IMG/VR virus record: IMGVR_UViG_3300027850_000169
Location: 27,697 to 91,696 of that record
DNA: 64,000 bases
Source of the DNA: a virus
Reading direction: 5' to 3' (one strand)
A program made the position numbers and the translations under genes. This document shows, piece by piece, positions 58,369 through 64,000 of the stretch (within the stretch, counting starts at the first letter, position 1; each line of letters begins with the position of its first letter). The notes under the pieces were generated by a model. The model saw only the letters and a program-made list of their open reading frames with translations. It ran no database searches and was not told the origin of the DNA.

Positions 58369-58638
58369 ATGAACATTAAAACCATTGCAGTTACCTACAG
58401 TCGCAAATTTAACTTAGGTAACTACAATTCAGCCGAATTAAGCGTCTCTTTGTGGAGTCAAATAGACCCAGAAGAAGATGAAGAGTGTTGCATTCTTATC
58501 TTGCAAGACAAAGCAAGAGAAGCGGTGCGCTCTGAATACAACAAAGTCAAAAATAATAGTGAACCCGTTGCTACCGTAAAAATAAACGGGGCACTTGTTG
58601 AAGATTACATCCCAGAGGGTGAAGAGTATGAAATTTAA
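58369..58638 (+). CDS. Conserved small phage protein
   Basis: I.V.Y.RK.NLGNY.S. Confidence 0.7.
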   Translation: MNIKTIAVTYSRKFNLGNYNSAELSVSLWSQIDPEEDEECCILILQDKAREAVRSEYNKVKNNSEPVATVKINGALVEDYIPEGEEYEI

Positions 58639-59032
58639 GACATTTTCCCCTGAATGGTTTTCGTCAGTCCCGATTTTTCAACCGGTAGACCCTCGATTCT
58701 GTCTAGCAACGTACTTTTCTGACGAAGTTGAACAAAATGGCGGATTCACAACAAAAAAGTACGTTGCCGACTTCCTTGAAAACGATGATTTAGAGTTCTT
58801 GTGCTGGTACGAAGATTATCAGATTCTTTATGATTGGAGTGAGCAAAGAGTAATGGTTAGCGGTTACGAGCAAGCTTGGGAGACTGAATCAATTAACCTA
58901 CACTTGATTGATGTAGGTAGCGCAAGATGGGAAACGGAAGATGTCGTAGTCAAACTAGCCAAGCTGTTTGTTGACGCTCTAGAAGCATCTAAACCTAGCA
59001 AAGGTCAACTAGAACTACAACTAATTTATTGA
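58628..59032 (+). CDS. Hypothetical protein
   Basis: Coupled ORF. Confidence 0.6.
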   Translation: MKFKTFSPEWFSSVPIFQPVDPRFCLATYFSDEVEQNGGFTTKKYVADFLENDDLEFLCWYEDYQILYDWSEQRVMVSGYEQAWETESINLHLIDVGSARWETEDVVVKLAKLFVDALEASKPSKGQLELQLIY

Positions 59033-59120
59033 TTCGATTGGCGACACCTGCCATTAAGTGCGTGTGGTTGACTAGCTATAGTTACAAACAAGCCCAAAAA
59101 CTAAACTCAAAAACAACCTC

Positions 59121-59873
59121 ATGCAAAACCCAATTATCATTGACGGATACGCATTCAGGATTCCCTTAGTCCCTAGTCGGTATCGCGCAAATTGTTCCCG
59201 TGAGTTCGGTATCTTTGTCACCGGAGAAACCAAGGGACTGAATAGTATGAAGGTCGAGCAAGCCGGTCTGGGACGCGGGAACTTTGTAGAAATGGCAATC
59301 TGTGCTATCGGTTCAAAAATCTTGACTTTTGAACCGAACTACAAGAACGAGCAATTTACTGAAATTTGGGGACTTCCAGTCTCAGGTGGAATGAAAACGC
59401 ACTTTTATGAAAAGTGTAGCGAACTAAGCACATTTCTGATTCACCGCCAATCCCAAGACAAGCTCAAAGGCTTGATTGAAAGTTTCAGTCAACAAGTCTT
59501 CAATTCTTGGGCTGAGGAAGGTATGCCCGGAAGTTACGATGAATACGCAGCCTCAATGGCTGCGGAACACTACTTCAACAACATTTTCCGTTTTGAGTTA
59601 ATGGCTGCTGAAAGTAAACTTTGGGGGGCTTACCATTATGTTGCAATTAGTGTCCGCCCCCCCACCAGTTCCCTAGACGAAGCCGCATTAAAGGCTTCAA
59701 GAAAGATTATGGAAGCGCAAAGTCAGGGCATTGTCTATTGCGTTGACCCTCGACTTGTCGAGAACGAGCAAACTTGTCTAGGTTCTTCCCCTGCGGAACA
59801 AGCCTTGCCGGAGTCTCGACAAGAAACGCTCCCAGAAGCCGTCAACGTCAAGCAACTTAAGGCTACTAAGTAA
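59121..59873 (+). CDS. Hypothetical protein (DNA metabolism region)
   Basis: 250-aa ORF. Confidence 0.65.
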   Translation: MQNPIIIDGYAFRIPLVPSRYRANCSREFGIFVTGETKGLNSMKVEQAGLGRGNFVEMAICAIGSKILTFEPNYKNEQFTEIWGLPVSGGMKTHFYEKCSELSTFLIHRQSQDKLKGLIESFSQQVFNSWAEEGMPGSYDEYAASMAAEHYFNNIFRFELMAAESKLWGAYHYVAISVRPPTSSLDEAALKASRKIMEAQSQGIVYCVDPRLVENEQTCLGSSPAEQALPESRQETLPEAVNVKQLKATK

Positions 59874-59921
59874 GAATTCATGGCTAGGTGCGAAATCACC
59901 TAGCCAACTACCTCAAAACGC

Positions 59922-60122
59922 ATGAAAAACCAACCGCTACCCGCCGCCGTACAAGAGCAAATTGACAGATTCTATCGCGACTATCCACTAAAGAAAGCCC
60001 AAGATTTAGCGGAACGGTATCAAAAATTAGTCCTCAGCGAAGGTTATCGCTCGGCAAGTTTAGAACGTACTGAAAGTCGCATGGTAGAACGCAGCAGACC
60101 ACGGCGCAGGGGCAAGCGATAA
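59922..60122 (+). CDS. Hypothetical protein
   Basis: Small basic ORF after a hairpin. Confidence 0.55.
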   Translation: MKNQPLPAAVQEQIDRFYRDYPLKKAQDLAERYQKLVLSEGYRSASLERTESRMVERSRPRRRGKR

Positions 60123-60229
60123 AAACACATAATAAGCCGTTAACAGACTGGCAAAAGTATTCGCTCCCAACCAGCTTTCTCTGTTTTAACTATGCTAAGC
60201 TATTGTCAGATTAACAAGGAATAGTAATC

Positions 60230-60439
60230 ATGTTTCTATCATGCAACGTCGAACTTCCGGCTTCTCCTACTTTGATTTTTTACGAATCAAGCGACACAGA
60301 AAAACCTCCAATTCCCGGTTCCGATAGAAGAAAATTCAGTGAGAGCGAAGCAATATTAAGACAGCATCGCTTATACCGTCCCAAGTTAGTTGATGTCGTT
60401 GTGCCAGGCACAACCCGCGTAGGCAAAACTTGGGTGTGA
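60230..60439 (+). CDS. Hypothetical protein
   Basis: AGGA RBS; coupled to the next gene. Confidence 0.5.
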   Translation: MFLSCNVELPASPTLIFYESSDTEKPPIPGSDRRKFSESEAILRQHRLYRPKLVDVVVPGTTRVGKTWV

Positions 60440-60440
60440 A

Positions 60441-60917
60441 ATGTATGATTTCCAACAACAGAAAGACTTAGGCTTGAAGGGAGAAGAAAGATTAGACTTT
60501 TTCTTCTCCCGCTGGTACGATATTAAGGAAGTTCCTTTTGAGCTTCAAAAAGAAGGCATTGATAGGTTTTATATTCCGAAACGTGGCGAAGTAACGTTTC
60601 CATGTTTGATAGAATATAAGACCGATTTTCACGATACGGGAAACGTATTCATTGAGACTCATTCTGTAATTAGACAAGGGCGACCAGATGTCCGAGGTTG
60701 GCTACATACTAGCAAAGCTGACTGGTTGATTTATTATTTAGTTTTGCATGAAACAGCTTTTGTTGTTGATTTTGGCAGGCTTAGAATATTTACACAAGAA
60801 TGGAAGAAAACCTGTCAGCGCAGAGATTGCAGAAATAAAGATTACAAAAGTTCTGGTTTGCTTGTGCCTATTCCAGTGTTCCAGTTAGCCTCTCACGCTA
60901 TTTTCAATATAAAATGA
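60441..60917 (+). CDS. PD-(D/E)xK nuclease-like protein
   Basis: G..GE, Q..GID, IEYKTD...TGN.FIE, GW...S.AD. Confidence 0.75.
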   Translation: MYDFQQQKDLGLKGEERLDFFFSRWYDIKEVPFELQKEGIDRFYIPKRGEVTFPCLIEYKTDFHDTGNVFIETHSVIRQGRPDVRGWLHTSKADWLIYYLVLHETAFVVDFGRLRIFTQEWKKTCQRRDCRNKDYKSSGLLVPIPVFQLASHAIFNIK

Positions 60918-61366
60918 AGCAACTGAGTCCCCGCATTATTGAAATCATACTACCACTACCACCGATGTCGCTGAACCCGTTTATGCGAACACACTGGGCA
61001 GCGCGAGAAAAACTTTTAAAGCCTTACAGGAAAATTGTCTCTGACAATCTCATTGGGATTGAGCCGTTTTTAAAAGTACATACCGAATGGGAGTGGACGA
61101 TATTTGGTAGTAGTAAAAAGTTTCTGAATAGAGATGCTTCAAATCTTTCGTCTGTAGGTGAAAAAGTTATTTCAGACGTTCTTGTGAAGTCTAAGATTTT
61201 TCAAGATGACTCAAATAGGTATATTCAAAATCCCATTCTTCATTGGGCTTTTAATGACAGCACGAAAGACCCTGAAGCTTACGGAACAGGAGAAGTGCTA
61301 TTACGCTTATCAGACGTTCCGCTTTACGGTGGTCAATTTATTAGAATGGAGGACGACAATGATTGA
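60914..61366 (+). CDS. RusA-like Holliday junction resolvase
   Basis: P.SLN, RD.SN, K.I.D.L....I..DD. Confidence 0.75.
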   Translation: MKQLSPRIIEIILPLPPMSLNPFMRTHWAAREKLLKPYRKIVSDNLIGIEPFLKVHTEWEWTIFGSSKKFLNRDASNLSSVGEKVISDVLVKSKIFQDDSNRYIQNPILHWAFNDSTKDPEAYGTGEVLLRLSDVPLYGGQFIRMEDDND

Positions 61367-61691
61367 CGACGACAATAACGAAATACAATCACTGATAACT
61401 CTCAATAGAGTGCTGTTTGGTGGTCGGCGAAAAATACGTTTATCTCAAAAAGAGTTAGCTGTTGAGCTTTCAGACCGTACACATCAAATAGACTACATCA
61501 CCTATTCAAAAATAGAAAACGCCCGAATAGATATTAGGTCTAGTGAATGGGATTGGCTTATACTAAAACTTAGTTATCAACTTCAAATTGACAAACTTTG
61601 GTTGCAAGCTATCCGCGAACAAACCGCTGTCAAACGTATATCGCCAAATAGCCCAACGTTGATTACTTACGCTCGACAACTTGGAGGTTGA
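61359..61691 (+). CDS. XRE-like HTH protein
   Basis: R....LSQKELA..L......YSKIEN. Confidence 0.7.
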   Translation: MIDDDNNEIQSLITLNRVLFGGRRKIRLSQKELAVELSDRTHQIDYITYSKIENARIDIRSSEWDWLILKLSYQLQIDKLWLQAIREQTAVKRISPNSPTLITYARQLGG

Positions 61692-61692
61692 T

Positions 61693-61980
61693 ATGCCAAA
61701 AATGAAAGTTATTCAAGCTGATGGTTCGTTCTCAATTGTTGAAGATGAAGCCTTCAAGAGAAAGCAAACCCTATCAGTTGGCAAGCCTCCTATGCCAAGG
61801 CAAAAAATGTTAGACACGGTTGTAAACGCGTTGCAGACCCAAAGCGGTCAGACAATAGAGCAATTAGTTGAATCAACCAAGATTCCCGTACACTATACGA
61901 GGAAATACTTGCTAGACCTTGAAAAGGACAAGAAAATAGTCCGAAGTAATTCAAGATATTACCTTGTTCACAATAGTTAA
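61693..61980 (+). CDS. Winged-helix protein
   Basis: TIEQLVE.T.I....RKYL.DLE....I. Confidence 0.6.
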   Translation: MPKMKVIQADGSFSIVEDEAFKRKQTLSVGKPPMPRQKMLDTVVNALQTQSGQTIEQLVESTKIPVHYTRKYLLDLEKDKKIVRSNSRYYLVHNS

Positions 61981-62531
61981 GGCTGCACTAATCCTGCTAT
62001 CAAAATAGGTATGCGATATTTTTCTATCAAGTCGTTCATCGCACTCAAATCCTCTTGTTGTAGAACATCGGCTAAAGCAGTCAGTATTTCATCTAGGCAA
62101 ACTTGCAGCGCTATCAAGTTCACGCTCCCAGAAACTGCACTAGATAGTGCTAGCGCAAAGTCTGTGTACGCCGCGTTAGCCTGCGTATTCTCGCCCGCTT
62201 GCTGTCGGGCGATGGCAAATATTTGAGTTGTGATTAATTCGTTGTAGAATCCCCTATAGTCGGGAGGGATAACTATTGTTCCGTCTGCGGGTGTTGATAA
62301 TTGCGTTGTCCTAGCATTAAACGCTACTGTGAAAATTGCATCTAATGCGTCTTGGATTTCTACTAAATCTAAAGTGACAGGATTGCTAATGTCGAATACT
62401 GCATCCAATTCTTCACCTCCTATTTGTAGAGATGTAGAAAAATAAACTGTGACTTTTCCACTGTCATACTCAAGTCTTGATATTCTGTCAATTTGAGTTT
62501 TGGTTGGGGTCAATTCGGTTTCTAGTTGCAT
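61977..62531 (-). CDS. Tail-fibre-associated hypothetical protein
   Basis: Downstream of the fibre gene; PDY.GFY..L motif. Confidence 0.55.
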   Translation of the reverse strand: MQLETELTPTKTQIDRISRLEYDSGKVTVYFSTSLQIGGEELDAVFDISNPVTLDLVEIQDALDAIFTVAFNARTTQLSTPADGTIVIPPDYRGFYNELITTQIFAIARQQAGENTQANAAYTDFALALSSAVSGSVNLIALQVCLDEILTALADVLQQEDLSAMNDLIEKYRIPILIAGLVQP

Positions 62532-62563
62532 TGATTTAAATTATAATTAAACTATTCTAATGT

Positions 62564-63526
62564 TTACAAGAAAGAAAACTCTTTCCAAGCAGCCCAGACA
62601 CCATTATTTTCTTGTCTCATCCATTTTCTATTGTTTACATAAAATTCTTGAACTCTATATAAATTTTGAGAACCTGTCCCAAACAATGTGTCAAATTGAT
62701 GAATCATTCCAGAATTAATAGGAACATTTAGATTGGTTGCACTTCCATCAAGCCACTTAGTCCCTGCAAATTGAGGATACACGAGATTATTCGCGTTTAC
62801 CGCAATAGCGCCACTTCTAGGTTCTAGTTCCCAAATGTTAGGAGCTTGCAATTTTGAAGCATTTAAAGTGCCACCTACCCCAGCACCTCCGGTAATCACA
62901 GAAGCTCCGGTTGTTGTCGATGTTGATGCTGTGGTATTAGTAATGATTAAAGGAGATGTTAAAGTTTTCGGCCCGCCAATTGTTTGAGCAGCAGTTAAGT
63001 CCACAAAATTCTGAGTAGCGCTACCCGTTCCCCCATTGGCAATAGGTAAAACTCCACTTATATGAGTAGTTAGCCCAACTTTCCCATAACTAGGCGCAAC
63101 TCCAACTCCTCCAGAGATTAAAGTATTTCCAGTAACGACATTTACTAACTTAGAAAGAGCAGTAGAAGTAGAAGCGAATAAAATATCTCCTATAGTGTAG
63201 TTAGATTGCCCACTACCTCCTAAAGAAGCAGGAAGAGTATTAATAACATCAGTAGTTAAACTTACTTGAGAAAGAGTAGTAATAGTACCATTACTTCTAA
63301 GAACTCTATTATTAGTTTGAGTTCCTACTAGACTATTTAAAGTTAGTCCATGAGGGTTTCCACTTGTTATCTGCGAGTGAGTATAAGCTAAGTCCCCGTA
63401 ATCTCCTCTAAATGCAGTAGTAGATGTAACTCCTAAAGTAAGAGAGGAGCCTCCTATTCCTAAATCATCAGAGGAAGAAGCAGGTTTAATAACTCCATCT
63501 TTAAGTATCAGTATTCGTGTTGACAT
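62564..63526 (-). CDS. Tail fibre-like protein with C-terminal knob-like domain
   Basis: Thr/Ser/Gly-rich; GNPH, LP...GGTG, QTI.G.KT, C-terminal W..WKE. Confidence 0.75.
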   Translation of the reverse strand: MSTRILILKDGVIKPASSSDDLGIGGSSLTLGVTSTTAFRGDYGDLAYTHSQITSGNPHGLTLNSLVGTQTNNRVLRSNGTITTLSQVSLTTDVINTLPASLGGSGQSNYTIGDILFASTSTALSKLVNVVTGNTLISGGVGVAPSYGKVGLTTHISGVLPIANGGTGSATQNFVDLTAAQTIGGPKTLTSPLIITNTTASTSTTTGASVITGGAGVGGTLNASKLQAPNIWELEPRSGAIAVNANNLVYPQFAGTKWLDGSATNLNVPINSGMIHQFDTLFGTGSQNLYRVQEFYVNNRKWMRQENNGVWAAWKEFSFL

Positions 63527-63704
63527 CTATCACTTTCTCTTCTTTATTTTCTAGTTCAGCTAACTTAGTCTCAGTTTTTTCTAACTCTTTCAATACTAAA
63601 TCTAGTTGAGCTTGTAAACTAATTCTCTCATTAAGATACTGGTTACATTGAGCTTGATAAATTTCTATTAGCTTTTGTAAATAATCATTAGGTTCTATCT
63701 GCAT
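63501..63704 (-). CDS. Small coiled-coil protein
   Basis: Heptad pattern. Confidence 0.55.
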   Translation of the reverse strand: MQIEPNDYLQKLIEIYQAQCNQYLNERISLQAQLDLVLKELEKTETKLAELENKEEKVIDVNTNTDT

Positions 63705-63960
63705 TATTTTCTCCTTGTTCTTGGTACATTTTCCATTGCATTCGATAACCTTCTAGCTTCCATAATTGTCCAAGAGCATCCTCATAACAAAGAAGTCTTC
63801 CAATATTCATGTCAAACTTCTCAGGATTAACTACTGCACTTCTTCCTGCTACAGTGAACCCACAAGGAAGTCTAAAAGAAATAATCATCTCTTTACTATG
63901 AAAAATTATTTCTTCTGTAGTAGAGTCTTCTAGTAGTTTAGTTAAATCTTCTTTTTTCAC
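63688..63960 (-). CDS. Phage Gp49/Gp66-family protein
   Basis: GFTV.G.SA.V.PE.FD..IG......A...LW.LEGY. Confidence 0.8.
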   Translation of the reverse strand: MKKEDLTKLLEDSTTEEIIFHSKEMIISFRLPCGFTVAGRSAVVNPEKFDMNIGRLLCYEDALGQLWKLEGYRMQWKMYQEQGENNADRT

Positions 63961-64000
63961 ACTATACTTATTATCTAAATGATGCTTTGATATCTCATCT

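Noticed and set aside
1-64000. tRNA/rRNA genes, integrase, reverse transcriptase/DGR, cas1/cas2
   Set aside because: No supporting motifs were seen; they may lie outside the window

Overview
A 64-kb segment of a temperate, probably plasmid-like (phage-plasmid) tailed phage. The host is inferred to be a cyanobacterium from the I-D-like CRISPR repeat and leader, the cyanobacterial-type IS605 ends and a SigF-like sigma factor. Left to right: (1) a minus-strand membrane/FtsK-like ATPase operon (1-7.7 kb); (2) early-gene cassettes behind a repeated sigma70 promoter, interrupted by a tnpB-only IS605 element and a protein-less IS605 derivative, both inserted after TTAC; (3) a replication initiator with internal iterons and a candidate counter-transcript RNA; (4) a candidate multi-target antisense sRNA, a 19-repeat CRISPR array, a convergent ~611-aa RuvC-intact TnpB-derived Cas12-like effector and a divergent candidate tracrRNA, with no cas1/cas2; (5) an orphan dndC; (6) lysis, tail and head genes, a sigma factor and terminase; (7) an ADP-ribosyltransferase and a basic protein that share an N-terminal peptide (TEENLQCGFSGTPKGG) and flank a radical SAM enzyme, followed by ParB-like and glycosyltransferase-like genes; (8) more early cassettes, nucleases and a tail-fibre gene. 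The best candidates for undescribed systems are the compact phage type V CRISPR locus, the shared-leader/radical SAM module, the antisense sRNA and a family of intercistronic pseudoknots. All protein calls come from motif recognition by eye; no searches were run.
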